The translations under genes were made by a program, and so were the position numbers. A DNA stretch of 64,000 nt from Bradymonadia bacterium (GTDB lineage: Bacteria > Myxococcota_A > Bradymonadia > UBA7976 > UBA1532), in assembly GCA_046290225.1 (NCBI GenBank), contig JBKAGE010000071.1, positions 96,001-160,000 of the forward strand, given 5' to 3'. The notes under the pieces were generated by a model, which did no database searches, was not told the origin of the DNA, and was given only the letters and a program-made list of their open reading frames with translations. Positions 1 through 10,491 of the stretch are shown in pieces (positions within the stretch are counted from its first letter, which is position 1; each line of letters begins with the position of its first letter).

Positions 1-442
1 GGTACTGACTGTCACAGTAAGCGCCCACGCCACAGTCAACGTCGCTCACGCACTGGGGCATCAACATGCAGGCCCCACGGTCACAGAACTCTCCGACGGC
101 GCACTCGCGGTCCACGGTGCAGGCCCGGGGATCCAGGCAGCGGCCCCAACCGTCGCAGATGCTGTTGGGGGCACACTCGTCGTCGAAGTCACAACCAGCG
201 ACGGGGTAGCAGAGCTGATCGTCGCCGCAGTATTCGTCTGCGAGACACTCGGTATCGAGGAGGCAGCCGTCGACGACCGGTGGTCGCCCCTGACCTGGAG
301 GTGGGGTGCCTGGATCATAGCTGTGAATCTCACACCCGGCGAGGGCGAGGCCTGACAACAACAGTGCGCCGAGGCTGGTCATGAGGCGGCGGCTGCGGGA
401 AGTACGAACAGGGGTAGGGCTCACGGTGTTGTCGTGCTGCAT
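1..442 (-). CDS. Cys-rich lipoprotein, partial (runs off window start)
   Basis: Not in the ORF track. Manual translation gives MQHDNTVSPTPVRTSRSRRLMTSLGALLLSGLALAGC (lipobox LAGC), then repeated CxxDxxC-x5-C units (CLLDTECLADEYC, CDFDDECAPNSIC, CTVDRECAVGEFC, CVSDVDCGVGAYC). GGAG lies upstream of the ATG. Confidence 0.85.
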   Translation of the reverse strand, partial: MQHDNTVSPTPVRTSRSRRLMTSLGALLLSGLALAGCEIHSYDPGTPPPGQGRPPVVDGCLLDTECLADEYCGDDQLCYPVAGCDFDDECAPNSICDGWGRCLDPRACTVDRECAVGEFCDRGACMLMPQCVSDVDCGVGAYCDSQY

Positions 443-801
443 GAGTCATCTCCGAGAAATCGAGTAAGTGTAAAACTGTTTGCTGTGTGCTCGTGCGGTC
501 TGACGGGGCCTCTCGGGTGCTATTCGTAGACCATTTTAAAGTTGTGTCGTTTTGTTGTTATGTTGTTGAAATTGTTTTGAAAGTAAGATCTGTGTGGCGT
601 CGCTGAAATCAAGGAAAACGTGCCCTGTATTCACAGCTGAGAAATAGAGTCACAGATGGTGTGCCCAAAGGGCCCGTTTAGAACTGTTTGCATGTGTTGA
701 AATGTAGGTTGCTCGTCGAGGGCACCTGTCGGTGCGATCACCCCTGCTCCTGTGGCACTCTCCTGATCGACATCGGTCCCGTACCGAGCTGGAGATGCCC
801 C

Positions 802-3800
802 ATGGCCCACCCCCTCATTCGAGCCCTCGTGATCCTCGGGCTCACCCTCACCCTCGCTGGCTGTCCTCCCAGTGGGGATCCACCGCCCTTCACCGGGGAG
901 GCGATCGGCGACGCCGAGGTCGAGGGCGACAGCGAAGCGCCGAGGCCCGACGACCGCTGCGCCGACACTGACGGTGATGGCCGGGTCGCCGTAGGCGGCT
1001 GCGATTTACCCCCTGGCGATTGTGATCCTGATGATCCCCGCCGAGCCGTAGGGCTCGAAGAGCGCTGTGATGGTGTGGACAACGACTGCGACGAGCGGGT
1101 GGATGAAGCGGACCCCATGGCAGAGGCGCCATGCGCGGTAGAGGGTGGTGTGGGGCCATGTGCTGAGGGGATTTTCAGCTGCAACGATGGCCAGCTCGAA
1201 TGCGTGCTGCTGATCAGCCCGAGTCTCGAGTCGTGCAATGGCGAGGATGACGACTGCGACGGCACCATCGACGAAGAGATAGAAGGCGACGGAGACCGAT
1301 GCGACGCAGAGGGGGAGGGCATCTGCGCAGAAGGCGTTCGTCAGTGTGAATCGGGTGCGTGGCGGTGTACGGCGCGGGCGCCAGAGGAAGAGCGGTGCAA
1401 TGGCGTGGATGACGACTGCGATGGCCGCACTGACGAAGAAGATCCGCAGCTCGAGGCGCCATGCGAGGGCCCGCTGCCTGGTCGATGCCGGCCAGGTGCT
1501 CAGCAGTGTGTAGACGGCAACCTGCGCTGTCAGGCCTTCGAGGATCGCCGCCCGGAGCTGTGCAATGGCGAGGATGATGATTGTGACGGCCTCACCGACG
1601 AGCGCTTCGCCACCCTCGGCGAAGTGTGCACAGTGGGGGTGGGGCGGTGCGCTCAGGCAGGGCTGCTGATCTGTGATGCTGAGGGTGATGGTGTCCGGTG
1701 TGATGCTGTAGCCGGAGATCCGCGGGCAGAGGTGTGTGACGGCGTCGATGACGACTGTGATGGCCTCACGGACGAGAGCGCAGGCGGCATGCCCCTTCAG
1801 GCAACCTGCTACACCGCCGCACCCGAAACCCAGGGGGTCGGTGTCTGTGCTGCGGGGGTCCGCGTATGTCAGGCAGGGGCCTTGGGGACGTGTGTCTCCG
1901 AGACCACCCCCAGCGATGAAGCCTGTGATGCGTTGGACAACGACTGCGACGGCACGACCGACGAGGGGTTCGACCTCGGCAGCCCCTGCACACTCGGTTT
2001 GGGGCGCTGCGCCCGTGATGGTGTTCTGAGATGCAGCCCTGAAGGGGGCGTGCGGTGCATCGGCGAAGTGGGCCAGCCCCGTGTCGAGCAATGTGATGGT
2101 TTCGATGACGACTGTGATGGCGCCGTCGATGAAGGCTTCCCCACGTTGGGCCAGCCCTGCGCCGAGGGTGAAGGTGTGTGCCGCCAGCTCGGGGTGGTGG
2201 TGTGTGTGGGTGAGGGGCAGGAGACGCGCTGCAGCGCCGAGGCCGGCGAGCCTGTGGATGAAGTGTGCGACGGCCTCGACAACGACTGTGATGGCCGCAT
2301 CGACAACGGCGCGTTGTGCCCTTCGTCTCCGGTGAGCGTCCTGACGCAATGGCAGCTCAGCGATGTTGGCTGTGCTGACTTCGACGGTGACGGGGCAGGG
2401 GACAACGCGCTCTCGGTCTTCGCCGTGGCTGCCCAGCCCCTCGTGGAGCAGGCGCTGACTTCAGCGACGATGGGGGTGCTGCTCACCACAGAAGGCCTCG
2501 ACGCTGAGGGTGCTGATGCCCTGGCTTTCGTGACCGCTACGGGTGATCCTCCGCAGCGACTCTTCGAAGGCTACACACCCGCTGCTGTACCCGTATCGAG
2601 CTGGCCCTCGGCGAGCACGAGCCCTGATGGGGCACTCCTGGTCGACGCCGAGCATGTGCAGATCCCATCGCCTCTGTTCTTCGCGCCCCATCAGGTGGGG
2701 CTCGAGGCCCTCAACGATGTCCGTGGGCTGTGGCTGCGAGGTGCGCAGCTTTCCGTGAACCTTGTCGAGGCAGAGGGCGGGGGCCTCCTGGCTCGGGATG
2801 GGGTAATCACAGGCGCTGTGGATCATCAGCAACTGGTCACTGGTTGGCGCCGAGCTGCCTCCGTGTGCGCCCTGACACTCTCACCACCGGCAGCATGTGA
2901 CATCTTTGCTGCGTGGTCGGTAGATGCTGTGCAGGCCCTGGTGCCTGACGTCGATGTCGATGGTGATGGCACACCAGAGTCGTTGAGTGTGTGCGTATCC
3001 TTCACTGGTGACCCGAGCCCCGATGTGGTCCTGCCGCCTGAGGGGGGACAGGCCTGCATCGCAGACGATGACTGCCTCGCGGGCTTGTCGTGCCGTCTAT
3101 TGCCAGGTGAGTCAGCGGATACATTCGATGTGGGGTGTGGGCTCGCGGGTGCGGGTGCAGGTGGAGATGGGGAGCCGTGCATCACCCATGACGATTGCGC
3201 CCACGGGCTGTGCCTGGAAGGCGGGCCGTGGGGGGCCCGATGTGCCTCGGCGTGTGCAGAGGCACCCTGCCCTCAGGGGCTCGCCTGTCGGGGTATGGAG
3301 AGTGGCTTTGGCGAAGGGGATCTGTGTGTGGCGGCCCCAGGCGACGGGCGCCCGTGCGCGGTGGACGACGACTGCAACCTGGGGCAGCTGTGCACCCGCT
3401 GGCGGGTGCCTGGCGAGCCTGGACTCACAGGCCGGTGTCAGCAGCCAGGCGCAGGTGCAGCGGAGGGCGACCGATGTGTTCGAGGGGCCGACTGCCGACG
3501 GGGTGGTCTGAGCTGTGTGGGTGAGCTCGGGGCAGAGCGGTGTGCCGCGCCCTGTGTCACCTCAAGCGACTGCGCGCCGGGCCTCTGGTGCGCCGAGGTG
3601 GCCCATACACCAGGGGCTCAGGCCGGCCCCCGAGTCGCCGGAGCATGCGTGCCTGTGCCCGAGGGTCTGGGCACAGGGTTGCCATGTGTGGGGGAAGCCG
3701 ACTGTCCTGGCGGAGAGACATGTATGCCTCGCCGAATTGGCGGCGCCATCGATCCTGTGTGTCAGGCGGGTGTGGGCTTCGGCTCTGCGAGTCAGCTCTG

Positions 3801-5859
3801 CGCCGACGACGATGACTGTGCGTCATCAGATTGCGTGGGTGGGCGCTGCGGAGGCTATTGCCAGGATTCTGCAGGCTGTGGGCCCCGGCTGGGCTGTCGA
3901 GCGGACGCTTTTACCGACGAGGTGGGCGTGCTCGGTGGGCGGTGTGACGTACCCTCGGCGTTGTGCGTTCAAGATGCAGACTGCGGGGCTGACCCGCTCT
4001 GTCAGGGCGCGCTGTGTGTGTGCGACCTCGGCGTGTGCCGACTCGGATGTCGGTACCCCGGGGGCATCTGCGCGCCAGGGCTGAGCTGTCAGGCCGATGG
4101 TGGTTGCGATGTGCCCTGCGCCGATGACCGGTTCGAACCCGATGATGAGCGTGGGCAAGGTCACGCCATCACCCTGAGCCGCAGCGAGCCGGTACAGGTC
4201 AGCCGTCATCGCCTGTGCGCTGGAGCGCCTGTCGATCATGTACAGGTCGACACCCTGGGCCAGCCGTTCGAATTGCGTGTCTTCATCGATCCGCTCGGGC
4301 ACACCCTCGACGATCAGGTGGCGATCCGCGGCAGCCTGATCAACAGCGCGGGCGATCTCGTCGAAGAGGGGATCGTCGTCGATGGCCAGATGATCTTCTC
4401 TGTTGCTGATGCCGAGGTGGCCGCTCAATACACCGAGCCGGTCACTGTGCAGCTGACCGGCTCTGCCCTCGGCGCCGGGGTGATGTGGCGCCTGGAGGGC
4501 GAGGTGTTCTTCGACGCGTGTCCTGAAGACGAGCCTGACGAGCCTCGGGATGACAGCTGGCACTGGCAACAGCTGCTCTTGCAGCCGGGCCTCACCACTG
4601 AAGAGACCGTGACGGGGCATCTGTGCCCCGGAGACGCAGACTGGTACGCGGTCTCACTCGGTAACGGAGACACGCTCACTCTGGCACGACGCTGGACCGG
4701 GGATGGCTTCGGTGGCGTGCCGCCCGAAGATCCGCCAGCCATCACCGTGGAGATCTGGGGGCCCGATTTCCCCGAGGCCAGCGGCGTCAGAGTGATCACC
4801 CTCGAGCGAGATGATCCGGGGCCGCTGGTCTTCGAGCCACCACCAAAGGTGTGCAACGAACGCCTGCTGCAATGTGAGCACACGGGCCTGGCCCAGACCG
4901 ATGAGCTCTGCTTCGCCGACACTGACTGTGTGGCCTCGGGCTGGTTCGTGCGGATTGTGGGGGGCACACCGCAGGTGAACGCCCCGTACACCTTCGACAT
5001 CGGGGTGGTCCGAGCCACTGATCTGGCCTGTGTGCCCGACGTCTTCGAAAACGACCGCTCGATTCTGCCCAACGTGAGGCCCATGGCGGGGACGGATCCT
5101 CGCGTGATCGACCTTTCAGGGCAGTTCCCCAGCATCGTCCCGGAGCGAGATGTGACCTTCGATCGTTTCCGAGCCTGTGGCGAGGACTGGGATCTGATCT
5201 CTCTGGGCCTCGAGGCTGGAGAGGGGCTGCGGGGCGATGTGCGCCAGCCCTCACCTCCAGCGCGTCAGCTCGATGTCGAGGTGATCCACGGTCCGACGCA
5301 GGAGCCTCTTCAGGCGAGCACAGCGCAGCAAGAGACGATCGCCCTGGAGGTGCCTGTTGTAGAAGAGGCCACGGCATATCTCTTCGCGGCCCGCCTGTCA
5401 GAGGGCGTACCTCAGGAGACGCCGTTCCCCCTGAGCTTCACAGTGCGTCGTCTGCGCCCTGGATTCTCACCTGACGAAGGCTGCGTGGCGCCTACGCCTC
5501 TGATCCCTGGCGTGGGGGTGCCCCGGCGGGTGGTGGTGGCCGGCTGCAGGCTCGGTACGCTGCACGACAGCGGTCCCTACGGCTGCATCGGCGGTGACGG
5601 TCCTGATCGTGTCTACAGCTTCCCCGTACCCGGGCCAGGGCGAGTGGAGGTTGCGGTGACACCCGTGGGAGACGATCAGCCTGTGGTCTATCTACGAGAC
5701 AACTGCGACGCGCCGAGCAGTGAGCTTGCTTGCGGTGAGTGGGCTGATGGGGTGGCTCAAGCGTCCACGGCCGTGAACGCTGAAGGGGAGATCTACATCT
5801 TCGTGGACGGCGGTCCGGGGGGCGGTGACTTCACCCTGGAGGCGGTGTGGTCGCCGTGA
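802..5859 (+). CDS. Giant Cys-rich surface lipoprotein with 8 CxGxDxDCDG (MopE-like metal-binding) repeats, Cys-rich CxxDxDC repeats and PPC-like C-terminal domains
   Basis: ATG at 802 after GGAG; signal peptide with lipobox LAGC; 8 copies of C[DN]xxD[DN]DCD[GE]xxD[EN]; DDRFEPDD and GHLCPGDADWY motifs typical of PPC-like domains; GPDRVYSF C-terminal module. Confidence 0.85.
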   Translation: MAHPLIRALVILGLTLTLAGCPPSGDPPPFTGEAIGDAEVEGDSEAPRPDDRCADTDGDGRVAVGGCDLPPGDCDPDDPRRAVGLEERCDGVDNDCDERVDEADPMAEAPCAVEGGVGPCAEGIFSCNDGQLECVLLISPSLESCNGEDDDCDGTIDEEIEGDGDRCDAEGEGICAEGVRQCESGAWRCTARAPEEERCNGVDDDCDGRTDEEDPQLEAPCEGPLPGRCRPGAQQCVDGNLRCQAFEDRRPELCNGEDDDCDGLTDERFATLGEVCTVGVGRCAQAGLLICDAEGDGVRCDAVAGDPRAEVCDGVDDDCDGLTDESAGGMPLQATCYTAAPETQGVGVCAAGVRVCQAGALGTCVSETTPSDEACDALDNDCDGTTDEGFDLGSPCTLGLGRCARDGVLRCSPEGGVRCIGEVGQPRVEQCDGFDDDCDGAVDEGFPTLGQPCAEGEGVCRQLGVVVCVGEGQETRCSAEAGEPVDEVCDGLDNDCDGRIDNGALCPSSPVSVLTQWQLSDVGCADFDGDGAGDNALSVFAVAAQPLVEQALTSATMGVLLTTEGLDAEGADALAFVTATGDPPQRLFEGYTPAAVPVSSWPSASTSPDGALLVDAEHVQIPSPLFFAPHQVGLEALNDVRGLWLRGAQLSVNLVEAEGGGLLARDGVITGAVDHQQLVTGWRRAASVCALTLSPPAACDIFAAWSVDAVQALVPDVDVDGDGTPESLSVCVSFTGDPSPDVVLPPEGGQACIADDDCLAGLSCRLLPGESADTFDVGCGLAGAGAGGDGEPCITHDDCAHGLCLEGGPWGARCASACAEAPCPQGLACRGMESGFGEGDLCVAAPGDGRPCAVDDDCNLGQLCTRWRVPGEPGLTGRCQQPGAGAAEGDRCVRGADCRRGGLSCVGELGAERCAAPCVTSSDCAPGLWCAEVAHTPGAQAGPRVAGACVPVPEGLGTGLPCVGEADCPGGETCMPRRIGGAIDPVCQAGVGFGSASQLCADDDDCASSDCVGGRCGGYCQDSAGCGPRLGCRADAFTDEVGVLGGRCDVPSALCVQDADCGADPLCQGALCVCDLGVCRLGCRYPGGICAPGLSCQADGGCDVPCADDRFEPDDERGQGHAITLSRSEPVQVSRHRLCAGAPVDHVQVDTLGQPFELRVFIDPLGHTLDDQVAIRGSLINSAGDLVEEGIVVDGQMIFSVADAEVAAQYTEPVTVQLTGSALGAGVMWRLEGEVFFDACPEDEPDEPRDDSWHWQQLLLQPGLTTEETVTGHLCPGDADWYAVSLGNGDTLTLARRWTGDGFGGVPPEDPPAITVEIWGPDFPEASGVRVITLERDDPGPLVFEPPPKVCNERLLQCEHTGLAQTDELCFADTDCVASGWFVRIVGGTPQVNAPYTFDIGVVRATDLACVPDVFENDRSILPNVRPMAGTDPRVIDLSGQFPSIVPERDVTFDRFRACGEDWDLISLGLEAGEGLRGDVRQPSPPARQLDVEVIHGPTQEPLQASTAQQETIALEVPVVEEATAYLFAARLSEGVPQETPFPLSFTVRRLRPGFSPDEGCVAPTPLIPGVGVPRRVVVAGCRLGTLHDSGPYGCIGGDGPDRVYSFPVPGPGRVEVAVTPVGDDQPVVYLRDNCDAPSSELACGEWADGVAQASTAVNAEGEIYIFVDGGPGGGDFTLEAVWSP

Positions 5860-5868
5860 GCAGTGCGC

Positions 5869-6321
5869 TCACTCGTCGGGCGTGAGAAGCAGGCTGCCCC
5901 GATAGCGCTCGCACCCTGCCTGGAAGCCCACGAGGGCGAGGTACCACTGGCCATCTTCTGCCTGCTGAATCAGTACGTCACAGCTGGCGCAGCGATATTG
6001 ATCTTCACACTGACCACCCCCAACGGCTTCGTCGGCGACGAGGTTGCAGCGATCCGTACGCCCTTCCTCGTCGATCACCGTGGCCAGCTCGCCGTCTTCG
6101 ATGGTGTAGCTGTAGTTCACCACCCGGCCGAAGATGGGGATCTCTCCTCTGAGGCTGCCCTCAGGCCCGAGATCGTCCAGAGGACAGTCGAGATCGATGG
6201 CCCCGTTGTTGTTGGGGCCATTGCCGCCGCTGTTGCTGTTGTCGGGGGTGGCTTCACACCCGAAGGCGAGCCCTGCTGAGAGGGCCAGGGCGGCGAAGTG
6301 GTACACGGAAGAGACGCTCAT
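5869..6321 (-). CDS. Small putative lipoprotein
   Basis: Start re-assigned to MSVSSVYHFAALALSAGLAFGC (lipobox AFGC) to avoid overlap with the divergent gene at 6412. Confidence 0.7.
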   Translation of the reverse strand: MSVSSVYHFAALALSAGLAFGCEATPDNSNSGGNGPNNNGAIDLDCPLDDLGPEGSLRGEIPIFGRVVNYSYTIEDGELATVIDEEGRTDRCNLVADEAVGGGQCEDQYRCASCDVLIQQAEDGQWYLALVGFQAGCERYRGSLLLTPDE

Positions 6322-6411
6322 GGCGCCCGATGATACAGAAACCCGCCGGAGCAGGATATCCTGCCTCGCAGAACGTGCAGGGGCCCGACGGGAGCGGGCA
6401 GGGAGTACGAG

Positions 6412-8163
6412 ATGAGCAGAAGATGGGCGGTGGCCTGCTGGGCCTGGATATCCCTGGTGGGGTGTGGCGGCGGGCAGAAGCCCACCATGACCATGCCCGA
6501 CACCCCCAAGGCGCCGAAGGTGGTGAAAGAGACCTTCACTTCGAAGGCCGATCTGGCAGCCATCGTTCAAAAACCTCCAACGCCGATCAAATGGTCAGAG
6601 GCAGACACCGCTGCGAAGCCGTGGACCCTCACGGGGCCGTTTCCCGAGGGTCGAGAGGGCGCAGCCCTGGATCCGGTCGATGCTGTGAGCGCTCACTTGT
6701 CGAAGGCCCAGGCGGTGGCCACGGGCCAGTCGAGCATCACCGCCTCGATGACCTGCGCCGCCCGGGAGGTGGCTCGATACATCGCACAGCAGGGCCAGCC
6801 GCCCGCATCCAGCGTGGAGCGGTTCATCGCTGGGCGTTGTGGATCACCAGAGACCCGACTCACTCTGCGCTGGGCGAAGGGACGCGCCGATGAAGGCAGC
6901 ACCGACGAGGCCATCCTCGAGCAATGGAGCACGAGCCTGAAGGGCTTCGTCGAGCAGACGCCAGAGGGTCAGGCCGTGGGCATGTCCCTGGCGCGGGCGG
7001 GTGATCAGGCGGCCCTCGTGTGGGTGGGCCGTCGCCGGCGCGTGAAGTTCTACCGGGTCGACAACACCCCCAACGACAAGGGGGAGGTGGTGGTGCAGGG
7101 GGAGAGTTTCGCTGGAGACGGCGCTCTCTCCGCCGCGGTGAACCATGGGCAGTACGAGAGCGCGCTGTGTACGACAGAGGTCACGGGCAAGCGCTTCAAG
7201 CTGGTCTGCCCGGTGCGCAAAACAGACGCCTCCACCTGGATCTCGCTGCACCATACGCCTACGGGGCGATTGCTCGGCACCACCCTCGGCGAGGCCCTCA
7301 TCTGGCCTCAGGGGGGCCCCCAGGACACGTACACCCCTGCGCCGAGCGTGCCGAGCGCCAACCTCGAGCGCATCGGTGATCTCGGTGAGGCGTTCACGGT
7401 GACGGTGAACCGGCTCCGAGAGGCGGCAGGGCGCCCGCCTCTGACCCTCGATGGTGAGCAGAGCGCCGTGAGTCAGAAGAGCGTGGGGCATTTCTTCGCA
7501 GCTTCCGGATCCTCTGATGGCGCAGAGGCTGATCGGATCGCCCTGGGGCTGATGGCGGGCTGGTCGGTGGCCGGCAACGTGCGCAGCGGTCGGTTTCGCT
7601 CAGAGCGCTCGTCGAGCAATGATCTCAGCAGGACGATGTCGGCCCTCCTCGAGCGCCCCTGGGGTCGGCGGATGTTGCTCGACACAGAGGCTGCCCGCAT
7701 CGCCGTGGGCGGTGAAAAGTCCCCCGACGGCAAAGGCTTCGTCGCGCTGATCACCACATATCAGGTGATGGAGGAAGCCGAGAATGCCGAAGGGCAGTTG
7801 CAGGCGGTGACCGATCGCATCACCGAGCTGCGAGGTGGGGCGCCAGTGAGGCGGCTCACCGCCCTCGAGGCCCTGGTGCCCAAGCTGGGCGAGCACATCA
7901 CCCTCGGGCTCAACACCCCTAAGGGGGCGATGTACGATCTCATGGACGCCGCCCGAAAACACCTCGACACCGGGGTGCAAGCGTGGCGCTGGGAGGGCGG
8001 TGATTTGAGCCAGATGCCTTTGCCAGCGCAGCTCAAACAAAAAGCAGGCACACTGTCCGTGGCGGTGGTGGTGAGCCGCTACCGCCCTGCCGGAAGCCCC
8101 TGGCATCGGTATGTGGTGCTGTTGGCGTGGCCCGACGGCAGGTTGCAGACAGCGGCGCGCTGA
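6412..8163 (+). CDS. Lipoprotein, possible CAP/SCP-like domains
   Basis: Lipobox LVGC; VNRLREAAGRPPL and RRMLLD..A.RIAVG resemble CAP-domain segments. Confidence 0.7.
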   Translation: MSRRWAVACWAWISLVGCGGGQKPTMTMPDTPKAPKVVKETFTSKADLAAIVQKPPTPIKWSEADTAAKPWTLTGPFPEGREGAALDPVDAVSAHLSKAQAVATGQSSITASMTCAAREVARYIAQQGQPPASSVERFIAGRCGSPETRLTLRWAKGRADEGSTDEAILEQWSTSLKGFVEQTPEGQAVGMSLARAGDQAALVWVGRRRRVKFYRVDNTPNDKGEVVVQGESFAGDGALSAAVNHGQYESALCTTEVTGKRFKLVCPVRKTDASTWISLHHTPTGRLLGTTLGEALIWPQGGPQDTYTPAPSVPSANLERIGDLGEAFTVTVNRLREAAGRPPLTLDGEQSAVSQKSVGHFFAASGSSDGAEADRIALGLMAGWSVAGNVRSGRFRSERSSSNDLSRTMSALLERPWGRRMLLDTEAARIAVGGEKSPDGKGFVALITTYQVMEEAENAEGQLQAVTDRITELRGGAPVRRLTALEALVPKLGEHITLGLNTPKGAMYDLMDAARKHLDTGVQAWRWEGGDLSQMPLPAQLKQKAGTLSVAVVVSRYRPAGSPWHRYVVLLAWPDGRLQTAAR

Positions 8164-8190
8164 CGCTGCGCTTTCGAACACAGGAGCACG

Positions 8191-9501
8191 GTGGTGCTGC
8201 CCTCAGTCTTCATCCGGGCCTTCCGGCAGGCGGTCCCTTACATCAACGCTCACCGGGGCCGGACCTTCGTGGTGTACTTCGAAGGTGAGGCCGTTGACGC
8301 CCCAGGTTTTCGGGAGCTGATCCACGACGTCGCGCTGTTGGAGAGCCTCGGCGTACATCTGGTGATGGTGCACGGCGCCCGGCCGCAGATCGAGGCAGAG
8401 CTCGAGCGCATCGACCATCAAATGCCTCTGGTTCAGGGCACCCGGGTCACCGACGCTGAAGCGCTGGTGGCGGTGAAGGAGGCCGTTGGTGCCACCCGAG
8501 TGCGCATCGAAGCCATGATCTCCCAGGGCCTGCCGGGCTCACCCATGCACGGCGCCCGCTTGAGGGTGGCCTCGGGGAACGTGGTGGTGGCTCGCCCATT
8601 GGGCGTGAGAGACGGCGTCGACTACCAGTTCACCGGCGAGGTCCGCCGCATTGACGCCGAGGGCATCAGGGGCTGGCTCAGTCTGGGCAATCTGGTGCTG
8701 CTCAGCCCGTTGGGCTACAGCGCCACAGGTGAAGTGTTCAACGTCAGGGCGGCCGACGTGGCTCTGGCGGTGGCCTCGGCGCTCAAGGCCGACAAGCTGA
8801 TCGTGCTCACCGAAGATGATCGCCTGATGCAAATCGACGACGCCCCCCTCAGACAGCTCGATCTGGAGCAGGCCGAGCGGTGGTCCACTGATCCGCGCCT
8901 GAGCCCGAGCGAGCAACGCACGCTGCGTCGCGCTGTGACTGCGTGTGAGGCTGGCGTCAGGCGGATCCACCTTGTCCCCCGCACCCTGGACGGTGGCCTC
9001 ATGGTGGAGCTGTTCACCCGAGATGGGGTGGGCACGCTCATCTCTGCTGATCATTACGAGACCGCCCGCCGGGCGACGATTCGAGACGTGGCGGGCCTGC
9101 TGGCGTTGCTGCGACCCCTCGAAGAAGACGGCACGCTGGTGCGGCGATCGAGAGAGCTGCTGGAGCGGGAGATCGAGCGCTTCCAGGTGCTCGATCGAGA
9201 TGGCGCCATCGTCGGCTGCGCGGCGCTGTATCCCTTCACCGACGAAGGCCTCGGGGAGCTGGCCTGCCTCGCCGTCGACCCTGAATATCGCGGTGGGGGT
9301 CGGGCGGGGCTGTTGCTGTCCACCATCGAAGCCCACGCCCGAGCCCTCGGTCTGGCGCGCCTGTGCGTGCTCACGACCAGAACCGCCCACTGGTTCCTGG
9401 AGCAGGGTTTCGAGCTGGCAGAGATCGCCGATCTGCCCACGCAGAAGAAGCGCATGTACAACCTGCAGCGCAATTCGAAGGTCCTGATGAAGACGCTGTG
9501 A
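8191..9501 (+). CDS. argA: Amino-acid N-acetyltransferase (N-acetylglutamate synthase)
   Basis: FRQAVPYINAHRGRTFVV, VHGARPQIE, ELFTRDGVGT, C-terminal GNAT domain (ELACLAVDPEYRG, LTTRTAHWF, YNLQRNSKVL). Confidence 0.96.
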   Translation: MVLPSVFIRAFRQAVPYINAHRGRTFVVYFEGEAVDAPGFRELIHDVALLESLGVHLVMVHGARPQIEAELERIDHQMPLVQGTRVTDAEALVAVKEAVGATRVRIEAMISQGLPGSPMHGARLRVASGNVVVARPLGVRDGVDYQFTGEVRRIDAEGIRGWLSLGNLVLLSPLGYSATGEVFNVRAADVALAVASALKADKLIVLTEDDRLMQIDDAPLRQLDLEQAERWSTDPRLSPSEQRTLRRAVTACEAGVRRIHLVPRTLDGGLMVELFTRDGVGTLISADHYETARRATIRDVAGLLALLRPLEEDGTLVRRSRELLEREIERFQVLDRDGAIVGCAALYPFTDEGLGELACLAVDPEYRGGGRAGLLLSTIEAHARALGLARLCVLTTRTAHWFLEQGFELAEIADLPTQKKRMYNLQRNSKVLMKTL

Positions 9502-9511
9502 GCGTAGTCTC

Positions 9512-9952
9512 TCAGTCCTCTTCTTTGAGCACCCACCCGCCGCCCCGAGCGCGCGTACGATGGCAGGGGCGGTATTCGCTGCGGGCGTCGGGCAGCAACA
9601 ACAGACACGGATCGAACCAGTGCACAGTGGTGAGCTCGGCGAGGATCGCCGGCAGCTCCCCTTCGAACTCGGGGTTGTCGGGGCAACGGTGGTGCCAGAG
9701 GGCCCAGCGTTCAGGGCACGTGTCCATCACCAGGATCTCTTTGACGCCGCCGTTGCAGTTGGTGGCCACCACCAGCACGTCACCAGGTAAATCACCGCGC
9801 TCTGCAGGTCGTAGGACCAGATCGTGGTGAAACTCCCCCTGGGTCCAGTGGTCGACGAGGTCGTAGCCTCCGAGATCCGAGGTCAGGACCTCGAGCAGGT
9901 GCCCCAGGCCCAGACACGTGCCCAAGCGGGTCAGAACATCCGTCTCTGTCAT
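9512..9952 (-). CDS. Hypothetical protein
   Basis: 146-aa ORF filling the gap, GGAG upstream; motif-like segments DHWTQGEFHHD and ATNCNGGVKE. Confidence 0.75.
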   Translation of the reverse strand: MTETDVLTRLGTCLGLGHLLEVLTSDLGGYDLVDHWTQGEFHHDLVLRPAERGDLPGDVLVVATNCNGGVKEILVMDTCPERWALWHHRCPDNPEFEGELPAILAELTTVHWFDPCLLLLPDARSEYRPCHRTRARGGGWVLKEED

Positions 9953-9996
9953 GGCGAACTCCTATGATGGGGTACACACCCGTTATAGTGAGCGCC

Positions 9997-10359
9997 ATGA
10001 AGCTGCGCCCTGTGTTCATCCTGCCCGCCATCCTGACCTTCGCCCTCGGCGTGGGGGTGGTCTTCTATCGAGGCCCGGGCTGGCACGCGATCCGCACGCT
10101 CGGCGGCGACGTGCTCGCCTCTGCCGAGGTGTACTTCTTCGCCAGCATCTTCTGGTCAGCGCCCTGGCGCCGCCGCTTTGTCGGGTGCGCGCTGATTTGC
10201 CTCACGGTGGAGCTGATTCAGCTCGGGCAATGGGTGGGCCCTGAGAGTCCGCAGTGGATGCACCTGCTCCTCGGCAGCACCTTCGACCCCTTCGATCTGC
10301 TGGCCTATTTGATTGGCTTGGTGATCGCGGTGGGGATCGAGAAACGATTCATTCGGTAA
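9997..10359 (+). CDS. DUF2809-like small membrane protein
   Basis: IRTLGGDVL ... VELIQL ... LLLGSTFDPFDLLAYLIG pattern; hydrophobic helices. Confidence 0.8.
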   Translation: MKLRPVFILPAILTFALGVGVVFYRGPGWHAIRTLGGDVLASAEVYFFASIFWSAPWRRRFVGCALICLTVELIQLGQWVGPESPQWMHLLLGSTFDPFDLLAYLIGLVIAVGIEKRFIR

Positions 10360-10491
10360 GGGATACCGCCTCACACGGTCAGCGCACACAGCACCACGGG
10401 CCGCGCAAAAGCCCCGCACAGTGGTTGCGACTTTCCGAATATGTACCTAGTTTTCTCGGCCGCAATTGAAAATCGTTGAACGAGGGCCGAA

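Noticed and set aside
752..768. TGGCAC possible sigma54 promoter upstream of the giant lipoprotein
   Set aside because: No GC at the -12 position with correct spacing
1060..2310. Periodic DNA repeats resembling an array
   Set aside because: In-frame coding repeats with synonymous variation; not CRISPR
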